Shown piece by piece: positions 33,903-45,008 of a stretch of DNA of 64,000 nt. The first letter of the stretch is position 1, and every line of letters begins with the position of its first letter. This DNA comes from Diplonema japonicum (taxonomy: Eukaryota > Protista > Euglenozoa: Diplonemea), in NCBI GenBank assembly GCA_964019335.1, contig OZ025670.1, positions 620,001 to 684,000 of the forward strand, read 5' to 3'. The notes beneath the pieces were generated by a model, which saw only the letters and a list, made by a program, of their open reading frames with translations, was not told where the DNA came from and ran no database searches. Position numbers and translations under genes: made by a program.

Positions 33903-34054
33903 AAGCGCCAGAATAGTTTCCCTTTTTTCTTTTTTTTCTTTTCTCTTTTTTTTTTTTTTTTTTTTTGCAGTGATTCTTTTTTTTATGGCCCTTAGTATGA
34001 TCCAAATGAGAAGAAAAGGACATATTTTTCAACTATAAGCGCCAGAATAGTTTC
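33903..34054 (-). mobile_element. Short poly(A)-tailed retroposed insertion (116 bp) flanked by 18-bp direct repeats
   Basis: AAGCGCCAGAATAGTTTC at 33903-33920 and 34037-34054, with a ~45-nt T-rich tract immediately inside the left copy. Confidence 0.6.
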
Positions 34055-34312
34055 TTTTAGAATTCTTTTTTTTGGGGGGGGGTGAGAGAGAGAGGGGGGG
34101 GGGGGGGGGGGGGGACATATCTCGATGGGGCAAACGGCAACAAGAAGATGCGCATGCTAACCTTTGACGCAGCTGCTCTCGTGTTTGGTTTCTCTTTTCT
34201 TTCCCTGTGGTTCCCTTTGAATTTTAGTAACTTTCTAATTTAAGTCAGTTCTATTTCTCATTGTTTAAAACCCCCCACCACCATCACCAAAAAAAAAGGG
34301 CAGTAGCAAAAA

Positions 34313-35006
34313 ATGGGGGCATTGTGGAGCAAGTTCACATCCACCTTGGGCTTCGGGAACAAAGAGGTGAGGATATTGATACTGGGGTTGGACAACGCGG
34401 GGAAGACTACTATTTTGTACAAGCTCCAGCTCGGGGACGTGGTGACGGCGGTTCCAAGTATGTGGAATGAGATTTTTTTTTTTTTGACACCTTGCATCAC
34501 CTTTCCCACAGCCATTGGTTTTAACGTGGAAACAATAACCTATAAGAACCTTAGTTTACAGGTGTGGGATTTGGGTGGCCAGACGAGCATACGGCCGTAC
34601 TGGAGGTGCTACTACTCGAATACTGACGCGGTATGACTGCACAAGCCACAAGGTTAATCGTTAATTTTGACACAGATAATATATGTAGTAGACAGTGTTG
34701 ACAGAGAGAGACTGGGCATCGCAAAAGAGGAGCTTTTTGCGATGCTGGAAGAGGAGGAGTTGAAGGACTCTGTTCTAGTAGTTTACGCAAACAAGCAAGA
34801 CATGCCAGGTTTGTTTAGAAAAAAGAAAATAAGAGATCAAACAAACCTCCTCAGGAGCCATGAATGAAGCAGAAATTTCAGAAGTGCTGGGTCTCAGTGC
34901 CATCACCGACAGGCAGTGGCACATAAGAAAAACCTCGGCTGCAAAGGGCGAAGGCCTCTTTGAAGGTCTCGACTGGCTGTGCACTGAAATCCAGAATAAG
35001 CGATAA
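34313..35006 (+). CDS. ARL1: ADP-ribosylation factor-like GTPase 1
   Basis: MG myristoylation start, [31 protein letters not shown]; introns 34458-34511, 34631-34675, 34809-34854. Confidence 0.95.
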
Positions 35007-35516
35007 ACACGATTTTATTTCCCCTCCTTTTTTTTGGAAAGGGGGGGGGGGGGGGGGGTAGATAAGACGGCCAAAACAGGAGCTCCTTTATCTCATCTCC
35101 CCCTTTTTTTTTTGCCACTTTTTTTTTTCTTCTTAAACAGAAGAGAGGGGGAAAATAAGCTGCTTTTTTTTTACCCCTCTTCTTTTTTTCGCCATTTTTA
35201 TCCTGTTATGTTTTGTGGTACATATGAAAGTAGGGCGGTGGGTGCCATCTAGCCTCAGTGTTAAGTCTTCTTTCCAAGTGGTTTGCTTAGTAAGTAAGAG
35301 TGTCTGCTAGGCATCATGGCGGTCGCCTTTGATGCCAATCATTCTTTTACAAACTCCGAGAGCGTCAGGGGGTTGGTTGGGGTGGCGCAGTAGTGTGCTT
35401 ATGATGTTATTCTTCTTTTTTTCCATTTGTTTTTTTCTTTCCTACAGCTCCCCCAGTTTTTTCTTTTCTTCCTCCCAATTATAATTCCCCCAGCTCCCCT
35501 CACTTTAAGGCTTGCA

Positions 35517-35975
35517 ATGAACGACATGCTTCGCAAGTTGCTGTGGATGGCCCTAGCTGCATTCGTGGCTGTGCAGTACGGGATGATGTATGCTATGGTG
35601 GTGTATTTTGTGTTTATGAAGACGGAGAACGCGGGCCCGATGGTGAAAGATTGGAAGAAGGTTCTACACTTCGAGGGAACGAATGAGGAATTTAATGTGC
35701 TGCTAACCAACAAGAGCTCGTTGGTGGTTGTTGACTTCTATGCTACATGGTGCCCCCCTTGCAGAAGCCTTGCACCCAAGTTAGCAGACTTGTCAGAGCA
35801 GCATCTGGACGTTACTTTCGTAGGTATCAATGCTGACAACGCACGCGACTTGGCTGCACAATACGAGGTGAGCTGCTACCCGACTCTGAAGTTCGTGAAA
35901 GACTCCAAGGTCCTCCACACTGTGCAGGGTGCGGACATTAACCAGATCGTCGACACCATCAACCGCTTGAAGTAG
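35517..35975 (+). CDS. Thioredoxin with N-terminal membrane anchor/signal
   Basis: VVVDFYATWCPPC, YPT.KF; hydrophobic N-terminus. Confidence 0.9.
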   Translation: MNDMLRKLLWMALAAFVAVQYGMMYAMVVYFVFMKTENAGPMVKDWKKVLHFEGTNEEFNVLLTNKSSLVVVDFYATWCPPCRSLAPKLADLSEQHLDVTFVGINADNARDLAAQYEVSCYPTLKFVKDSKVLHTVQGADINQIVDTINRLK

Positions 35976-36052
35976 ACTGTGGACTCATGATATGTTATCT
36001 GACCCTCTGTCTTACTGTCTTATGTCCTCTCAGGTTCTTTAGAAAATAAAGA

Positions 36053-36407
36053 ATGGCGGATGCTAATGCAACGAGCGAGGTGAAGATGCCCACCACAATA
36101 GAAGACTTGCCTGGGAGACGGCCGAACCATCCGTTGTACCGAACGGCGAACTCGGAGTATGGGAAGTATGTCAATCACTTAACAAGCGTCACACTGCACA
36201 GGGGGATTGATGAACAAAAGGAACCTGTTAGAGTTACGGGGAGGAAAGGCTGCTTCACTAAAGGGTTTGTGGGAGGCCCAGCACGCGATTGTGGCTTCAA
36301 CGTCTCGATGGACAAGTCAAAGGTATGCTTCCTCTTCTGAGTGCAGCCACATGCAGGTTGCGAAGAACCCCGGTGCTATAGGACAGGCTCCAAGTCCACT
36401 TCTATAA
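36053..36407 (+). CDS. PIERCE/DUF4490-like ciliary microtubule inner protein
   Basis: HPLYRTANSEYG and FT..F..G...D.G.N..+D.S.V pattern; introns 36166-36201 and 36323-36356. Confidence 0.65.
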
Positions 36408-36428
36408 TTATTGTTTTTTTTTTTTTTT

Positions 36429-37700
36429 GGCACGGGGTCCATCCCAATGGGGCCAGTAGGCAACCTGATCTGTCGGTGGCTCCCCTACATAGGGTGGAGT
36501 TGGACGCAGCTGCTAGACTGTAGGAACAAACCCTGGGCCGAGCGCGGGCACGCCTTTAGGGACGCGGTGAGGAAAGCCCGGAGCAGGTCACTGGCGAACG
36601 AAAGAAGCACAGTGAAGGGGATGGAGGCGGGAGCGGATCCCGAAACCAATCAACTGTGGAAGACAGCCAAGGACCCACTCATGTCCTACTGCCTGAGACG
36701 GGTGATAACCGGAGGGGTCCCCTACCTAAGCCCGCATGCAGGTACGAGTCAAAGGAGCGTCCCCCTGGCACCAGAAGGAGATGGCACCGAGGAAGACGGG
36801 GACAGCATAGACCACGTCCCAACGACGGAAGTACCACGCACACAAGGGTTCAGGTGTGACCTGTGTGAGTCACCACACCCGGACACGGTAACCCTACTCC
36901 GCCATCAGCTCTACGAGTGTGCCTGCGCGGGACGAGCTGGCACAGGACGGTTTGGAACCGCTGCGCGACAGGACGGGATGGCCCCTGTGTCTTGAGCTAC
37001 ACGCAATACTGCCGAGAGGACATGCCTTTGCATACCTGGAAAAGCTGCAACGATACTTGGCCGTGGTGGTTGAGAAGCGGGACGTGGAGCTCATGCAGAA
37101 GGAGGACGTCAACACACAGCCGCTACCGTGGGAACGAAATGTAGTAGGAAAGAGATGCCCCGTTCCGATAGCAGGCGAGCTCGAAGGAGTGGGTGGGGTC
37201 CTGTCCCAGTACCTGAACCCGCTGCTACAATGGTTGTCACAGCTGCGCTGGGTGGAGAAGGACACCACCTCGGAGGTGTCGGCGGTGGAGCTAGCCATTG
37301 ACTTCGAATGGACGACCGGTAAATCATTAGGAGGCCTGCTGGAAGATAGGGCACGCAGAATCAAGGCCCTAATCGTAAAGTTAAACGCAGCGTGCAGGGC
37401 ACGGAAGAAGCGACGCCCCTTCCCAGCGGATGAACAGAAAAGGGTGAAGTCCCTCATCGCCATAGGAGGAAAGGCAGCTGTAGGCTTCTCCAGGAGGCCC
37501 ATTTTTGCTACCCAGTCCACGCACGACAAGCTGATGGATTTGAAGGCCGCCTACAAGCGGGATCGCATCACTCGACTTCGCAAGACGCTCACGGCCTCGA
37601 TCGGGATGAAAGCGATGCTCCAGAAGGGGAGTATTAACAGGTAGACCCCCCTCCTCCCATAGGGCGGCCCTCTAGCGGGGGGCTTGTCCTGTACTTTGAG
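36429..37700 (+). mobile_element. 5'-truncated, frameshifted non-LTR retrotransposon (LINE) fragment: post-RT region with CCHC zinc knuckle
   Basis: ORF starts abruptly after a T tract; GPVG.L...L..IGW.W, RCDLC...DT....HQLYEC knuckle, WP.CL..H.ILP, VS.VELAIDFE..TG; 1-nt frameshift near 36921; intronless, compositionally distinct; GC-rich 3' hairpin 37646-37682 then T tract. Confidence 0.7.
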
Positions 37701-37791
37701 TTTTTTTTCTTCTTCTGTTTAATTGGTATTTCAAGGTCGCGTTGCGTTACCATGAACAGCACAGGAATCATGAGATGACAGTGCAGTTGCC

Positions 37792-40700
37792 ATGGCACCT
37801 AAGGGACTGACTGCAAATGGTGTGAGAGCACCTCCCCCCGACCGTGACCAAGGCCGACCTCTGTCAAGGATAAATCAGATATTGGGTCCCTACTCTCCCT
37901 CCCAGTCTCCGCCTCCTAACCGCCCTACCAGCTCTGCAACTCCACAGAGATCTCTCAAAGAGTTTAGCCCTAGCAATGTCTCAGCCTCTCAAAGCCCAGG
38001 AGGTCAGGTACCTGTTAGACACGGGCACCCATCAGCACTTCTACAAGCCACTTTGCTCGCCAGCACCGGCAGAGGCGGTCGAGGGACCTCAGTAGTACAG
38101 CAGGTCTCTAATACCAGCGGAAGCGGCAGTGGCAGTGGTAGAGGCCGTGGTCGGGGGGCCTTAGCACTTTTACAGCAGCTCTCCAACACAAGCGGCAGCA
38201 GTGGGAGAGGTGGTCAGGCGCCTGTACAATCCAACCAGATCCTAACCAGCGCAGCCGGCGGCCGAGGGAATTTAAGGCAGGCTCGAAGCCCAGAACGCGA
38301 GGTACGCAATGCGGAGGGCGATAAGGTAAAGCGGAATGCTGAGGACGGGATAAAAAAGCTGTTGCAGGCACCTGGGCATGCTAAGGGAAACCAAAAAACC
38401 CTATCGTCTCTTCTTGTGGGCAACAAGAGCCAGAGGAGCCTCAATGCAACCAATGTGTCAACAAACGGGTCTGTTAAAAGCACGACAAGTGGCAGGGGTA
38501 GGGAACTGGTTAGGGGAAAGGGTCCTGGAGCCGCGGGAAAGGGGGTGGGAAGGAGTGTTGTTCCAGGTAAAGGTGCCCCCTTGGTGACTACTTTGCCAGC
38601 TTCAAGGATAAAGAAGGTAGTTGCACCAGCCGTGCCCGCACCTGCGGAAATGAGCAACGTGGGGATAACACCTGCGCCAAGATTCGCACCGGGGAGCAAG
38701 GGTGCATTAAGAACAAAAGGAACTGTGCCTCCTGTAGTGGCCCCTCCTAAAGGTATCACAAACCCGCAGGCTCTCGCTCTGGGTATTAAGGCACTGTCCC
38801 CAAGAACTAAGGAAACACCTGTCCCAATTCCCCCAGGAATCAAGAACCTTCATGCAGGCCGAGGAATCGTCTCAGCTGTTGGATCCAAAGGAGCGGCAAA
38901 GGGACAGAACCCCAGGAAGGGTCTTCCCCAAGGGAGAGGACGGGGCGTGAAGGTGAATTGGGCACCGATGCCTGTGGGACGGGGCCTTCTCGAAGCAACT
39001 GCTGCTCCTCCTGTGGTTGAACGAGGGAATGTTAGGGACTTTGCAGATTTCTCTGGATGGGGTGTGGTGTCGAATGCTCTCGTGACACCTGTTGTTGTGC
39101 CCGAAGAGCCCCCTGGTTCGCCTATCACTTTGGGTGATTCGCATAAGAAGAACGCCTTGTCCTTGTTGAGCGCCTCGATGTTGCACCTCAGACGGCAGAC
39201 CCAGATAGACGACGACATTCTGGGCGATTTGGATCACCATGAACGGAACTCCGACAGACGCAGCTCTGTTGCCCAGATGCTTTCCTCAGTCAAGCACAAT
39301 AGTAAGCTTCCTGTCGATGCACGCAGGGGGTCGAGTTCTGGAGACGCAACGATGGCTGAGTTGATGCGTTCCCTAAGCAAAGGAAGGCTAAAAGAGCACG
39401 ATGTACCCGTTCCGACGAGGAGGTTTACTACACATGACTTAGCTGTTAATATGAATGAACTCCCCGATGGAACTCGAAGGGACGCTGTCGCTTTAGGGAA
39501 GCAGAACGATAAGTCTCTCGCCTTGGCTTCTACCTCTGTGACATCATTGCTGAAGCCTTCTCAGGAGAAACAGCCGTTCATCGTGAAGCAAGAACCCACA
39601 CCCGTGTTAACAGCATCAGAAATAGGAGGGACCGGCAAGCTAAATGAATTCCGTTTTGGCGATTCTGCCAGTGATCAAGGAGAGAAAGAGCCTCCCAATA
39701 TGCCAAGCACACCTGACACTCCTCTGTGGCTCACTGGAGAAGCTTTTTCTCCCTCCAGACGCTCTCACACAGTTTGCGACGTCAAGACACCGCAGGTGAG
39801 CTTGCCCAAGAGGTCTGTATCGATGCTCGATGCTAGGTCGCCACGTGGTGTGGCGCGCACGCCGTCCCCTGACAAGTCGCCCACACTAGCTGCCATCAGT
39901 CGGCACGCCACGTCTTATTTACGACAGCTTCAAGAGTCACGGAACGTGCTCACAATAGACGAAGAAGCTACATGTTGCGTAATAATGTGCGCTGTAGTGG
40001 CGGTTTGCAGAGTTCCGTATCGGAATGAGTTTGGATCAGTAGTCAATTCGGAGAATGGGTATGCTGCCCTTTACTTTACATACAAATTAAACAGATCTGA
40101 CGATGACATCAGACCAGCCAGAGGCACTAAAGGCTTGCATGTAAGCGTTAGCTGGGCCGAAAGGGCCGCGAGGCCTCACATTGAAGATCTTGAGGTAGAA
40201 GCTGTCGAGAGCTTGTTTAAGGTGTGCCATTCATTCTAACCAACTGACCGCCAGGATTTCGTCCATGGTAAGGAGTCCATGGTCCAGAAGAAGCAAGAAG
40301 ATACACAGGAATCAGGAGGGGTGGAGAAGGAGGCATCAAATGTAGAAGCAGAAGCAGATCTGGAACCTAAGGTAGAAGAGCCGGCTAGAGCAGATGATAC
40401 CGCTCAGCGATTCTCGTCAGGACAGGTGACAATGGTCGATGCCTCAACAGGAATGCTTCAGGTCAAGGATGTGGCGGTGGACGCCACGATCCCCATGAGC
40501 GAAAGGGATTCAAATAAAGAAGGAGGTACAAGCACCAGTCAGGCGGCCACACCAGTGAAGGCGAAGAAAAAGAAGAAAAAGGTGAAGTCAAGGAATAAGC
40601 ACGCCGACCCGCTAGTACTAGATGCACTGGCGGCACCACCTCCTGAGCCTGAACGAGCCCTCGTCGGGAGCATCAAAAGTCTGGAGAAGAAGGTGAACAA

Positions 40701-42396
40701 GGTACTGGAGCAGTCGTTACAGACAACGCCGACAACGCCTGTGAAAGTACACGACAGGGCCATCAACCTAGAGGTACGGCCTGTGCGTGTGCCGCAGACA
40801 CCAGCATCACCAGAGTCGGATGCAGGCAGCGTTAAAGGGCTTGCTGTGAGTTCTAAGACTCTGTGGATAGAATTCCTTGAGAAGGGCGACCACCCGCAAG
40901 ACCTACAGCCACCTGATTTTATCGACTACTGCTGCACTCTGGGCTACACGCAGTTTGAGGCCCTCTGCATCAGCGCGTTGTGGTTCAACAGACAACCCGA
41001 GGATAAGGGTGAGGGAACATCTGTAATATGCAATGCGCCGCCCGCCCTCGATGCTCACACCTACCCCGTGGGGAACGGTGCCTCGTACACTGATGTCCTC
41101 CCAAGCAGCGCCCTATTCAAAGCTGTTTCCAAAGAGGTAATGGAGACTTGTCACAGTGTGTCCTTCATGAAAGGTGACCAGTTCAAGGTCGTCCGTGTTG
41201 TCGAGGCGCACTGCAACGAAGAAGTGACGTCGGTATTCATGGCAGCAAAGGGGAAAAACAAGACTAAGGTCCTGTACTACAACCCGGTGAAGATGAAGCC
41301 TTTCTTGAACGCTTTGATAGAAGGCATCACTGCTGATTACGTTTTTTCGTCCGAGGCGATCATTCGCAAGAAACCAATCAAAGGCCAGTCTCTGTGCCTT
41401 TTACTGTGCGAAGCAGCTATCGGAGCAACTAAAGCGGTCACATTGAGAGACCCCAGCAACAGGCTTGAGCTACAGAAGGTGCTGCGCACAAGCGAAGCAG
41501 ACACCGTCAGCAGCACATACTCCGTGAGATGCATGGATGGAAGTATCAAAGTGGGGCGGCACTATGCGTCACGGATAGGAGCGTTACCAAGGTTCATGGT
41601 CCAGGTGGAAATAAAGGAAACATCAATTCCGATGAAGCAGTCTCCGGTGCGATCTGTACGGGCAAGTACAAGCGAGAAGCAATACCCTGAGATGAAGAGA
41701 GAGCTCGTTGTAGAATGCCCAGAAGTGGAGGAACTGTCTGGTGTGTATGAGAAGGTTGGCATGCTACGTGACATGGCTGTGTTCGGCTGTAATAACTGCA
41801 GACTCTTCACAGATAGCAGGTTGGGGTGGATGTTGTCCGACACCCGCGACGGCCCTGACAAGGACGAGGGCATCGTTACGACTGTGAACGCGCACAATGG
41901 GAAGCTTCCCCATAACATGAAGAAGTGGCAGTGCAGTGATGGGACAGAATGGGTACGCACGGAGGTCACCATCACAGAGCGCATAGTTGACAGATTCGAG
42001 AATATTAGAAACATGCCACCGCCACTCCCCACCACGGACACTACCGCCAGTAGCAAAGGGCTGCACTCGTACACCACTCCCGTGACAGGGTACGGAGTGT
42101 GGGAGTGGGTGTTTCGCATCTCATACTGCATAGGCCAGGTGGGCTTTGGGATAAGTGTCGGAGAGTGGTTGTACACGGACGTTGCAGCACCAACAGATGT
42201 AACGATCAGGCTTGAGCTCAAACAACAAGAAGCCATTCTGAGTATCTATAAAATCGGTAAAGTAAGGTCCTCCGAGACGAAGGTCATCTCGCTGTGGTCG
42301 CCCACGCAGCTTGTCTTTCCACAGGTGAACTTCCCTACCGAGGGGACCGTCAGCATGCTGACCGCCCCCCGTTACGTGGCTCCGATTGTGTTGTGA
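37792..42396 (+). CDS. Large (~1500 aa) protein, long disordered N-terminal half, C-terminal globular domains incl. possible degenerate PARP-like fold
   Basis: Intron 40222-40254 removes the stop and joins ORFs 37792 and 40279 in frame; probable in-frame intron 40059-40094. Confidence 0.65.
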
Positions 42397-42515
42397 ACAG
42401 TTAGAATTTAGTTCTTGTAAAGGGTACTGTGCCCTGCGTGAATAGTAGAAATCACCTGCCTCCCTTGCATGCCACGGACGACACACACTACAGGATTAGA
42501 AGGTAGAAATATAAA

Positions 42516-43037
42516 ATGAGCGTGAATTTATCGACGTGTCATCTAGAGTCGCCGAACCCTGCACACTTTACTGACTTGTTCCAATGGCGGATTCGGCTCG
42601 AGGTGCTTGAGGAGATCGACAGTGACCTTGAGTTCAAGGTAGTTTGGGTAGGGTCTAGCTCGTCTAACGAATATGATCAGATACTCGAGGACTGCGAAGT
42701 AGGCCCCCTAGTCCTCGGGGCCAATGAGTTCATTTTGGAGCATGATGCGCCGAACTGGAAACTTATCCCGCCTGAAGACTTGTTGTCGGTCACCCTGGTG
42801 CTGATTATGGTGCACTATAAAGGACAGGAATTCTGCAGAGTCGCACACTATGTCAATGTCGCTTACAACCAGGAGGATCTCAACTCCGACCCTCCTGAAA
42901 AGATCCATATCAGCAAAGTGGCTAGGAACGTACTTATCTCCAAGCCTTGTGTAGTAACAAAGCCCATCGATTGGGGCACTGGTGAGGGCGACTTCTCTAT
43001 GGAGAAGCCATTAGAAACCCTTGAAGACAAAGAGTAA
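42516..43037 (+). CDS. ASF1: Histone chaperone ASF1
   Basis: NPA.F...F...I..E.LE...DLE.K..WVGS.SS..YDQ.L...VGP...G...F....AP; Y.GQEF.RV..YVN. Confidence 0.95.
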   Translation: MSVNLSTCHLESPNPAHFTDLFQWRIRLEVLEEIDSDLEFKVVWVGSSSSNEYDQILEDCEVGPLVLGANEFILEHDAPNWKLIPPEDLLSVTLVLIMVHYKGQEFCRVAHYVNVAYNQEDLNSDPPEKIHISKVARNVLISKPCVVTKPIDWGTGEGDFSMEKPLETLEDKE

Positions 43038-43161
43038 GTAGTGTGTCTTGGCCATTGAGCTTAGATAGTTTAGATTTCTCCCCCCCATTGTCAACCCCTT
43101 GTTTATGACTATTAGTGATCTGTGCCATACCTTGCGGTCGCAACGATTATACATCAAGGAG

Positions 43162-44960
43162 ATGAAAAGGCGCGAGGACAGCACCATGATGCTTGGTGTA
43201 GAGTTGGAGGATGAGATGTCGATGATGATGAAAGCCGTATACGACAGCACCAAGGTGGATCTGGTGCTGAAGGAAGCGCCTGGTGAGGGCGACACACCTT
43301 CCTCGCAGAATTTAGTAACAAGCTCCCCAAATATGATGGAGCAGCAGGAGGAAGAACTACGAGGGCCTATTCTGAATGGGGAAAAGGTACGGCTCATGCT
43401 AGTGCTAACCCCGAAGCGGAACCTGCTGGCGGAGACATTTGGGAACGCGTTTGGTCTGGCAGGGAAGGCGAACGAAGAGAAGCAGCTTGAGGCTTGGAAC
43501 ATCTTGACATCGTCTATGTATGTACACATCCAACTCTTGCCTGCCACGCATGAGCTTGTGAAACGGTCTGTAGACGATGACTCCGAAGAGCTTGTTGTGC
43601 TTTTTGGCAAAGGCAGCGATGAAAGGTGTCCTGACGGCACCTCTTACCCCGTACAAAACGTGCGTCCTAAAAGAGTCGCTACTCTGGCAACAAAGAACGG
43701 CAGGAACTACTGCAGGCCTAGCGTCTACGAGTTGGAGTTTGTTGTCAAGGAGGAGCAAGGCGACCACTCGGACAAGACAAGGTACTATGTGCACCTCACT
43801 GTGGAATTGGCGAGCCTTCAGTCGCTTAGGAAGAACATCTCTAAAGTAACAGGAAAAAGCATTGATACGCTAGAAAAACGGGTCGCTGAATCGTTTAATT
43901 CGGTGATGATGGACCCAGTGAGCACGTTGTGCAGTAGGTCGGATGAAGAGGACAAGATGGTGCTGACGCAACTAGCTGGCATCAGCCCGTCTCCTGCTGC
44001 GGACAAGCTTTGGTCGGATTCGTGTTTAATGACGGTGTTACTGCCAGCGTACCTTCTCGACCCTTTGAAAATTGAGGTCAAGGTTGCCGAACCAACGCCT
44101 GGCTACAACTGCGTGCAGGTCTCGATCTCCAACGCGCTGACCCACGATATTGAGGTGAAGGACTTGTACATTCACTTGCCAACTGCTGTGGCGAAAGAGA
44201 GGGAGGAAAAGGTACAGATGACACCCCTCACCACCATGTGCATGTTGACATCGTCTCCTACCACGCATGCGACTACCACGGCACAGAACACGCCTGGTGG
44301 GTTCGAGGCGCTCTTCAAGCTGGAATGCTACAGAGTTGCAGTAGATGGCGAGGTATCATACCACAGCACGTGGCCCACTTTAAAAACTACAGGAAATGCC
44401 AATAGTGCTGCACGGGGGCGAAACGTACATCTTTATGTTTGTGATGAGACCCTACGACATCCAACCAACACCTGCCAGCCCGCCGTTGCGAGGTCATCCC
44501 AGAAGAGGGACCGGAGGGAGCATGGTGCACAACCCCCCACCGCTTAAGATGCCACCTAGAAAATCGCTCCCCTCGAATCCAACGGACCACCCAGTTTCCA
44601 TGTTCGAATCTGTTAGCCAGAACTGTCAGATGACTGTAGCCTTCAAGGTCAAGGGACTCGCATCCACATTCGACAAGCCAGCGACAGTGCATTGGAAACT
44701 CCAGGTATGCAAGAGTCGCGTTACATTACTAACACAGATGCGAGCTGCACCGACACAAATAGAAGACGATCGGTTGAAGTCTGTAACTAAATTCATGCCC
44801 CCGCGAGTGTATGTTCCTATTTCTTTTTTAAGGGTGTGGTCCTCAAGTGGGATATGCCCTTAAACATCGCCTTATTGATTGAAATAACAGGAGGCGAAAG
44901 GACTCAACGAGACACACCCGCACACGTTCACTAACACCTCCACCCCAACATGGATCGTGA
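43162..44960 (+). CDS. Hypothetical protein with Ig-like beta-sandwich C-terminus (TRAPP II subunit-like, weak)
   Basis: Introns 44353-44392 and 44705-44737 join ORFs 43099 and 44396; VQVSISN...I.V.D+ and P+VL..GE.Y.F.F pattern. 3' end uncertain (stop 44863, or 44960 if 44809-44890 is an intron). Confidence 0.5.
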
Positions 44961-45008
44961 GTTGTTGTGACACTTTCCGTTACAAGTCTCACCACAGAAA
45001 AAAGAAAA

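Noticed and set aside
37689-37697. CTGTACTTT resembling the 3' part of euglenozoan spliced leaders
   Set aside because: Only 9 nt match; flanks do not continue the SL sequence.
36411-37720. Target-site duplication around the LINE fragment
   Set aside because: Only G(T)n on both sides, too low in complexity to call.
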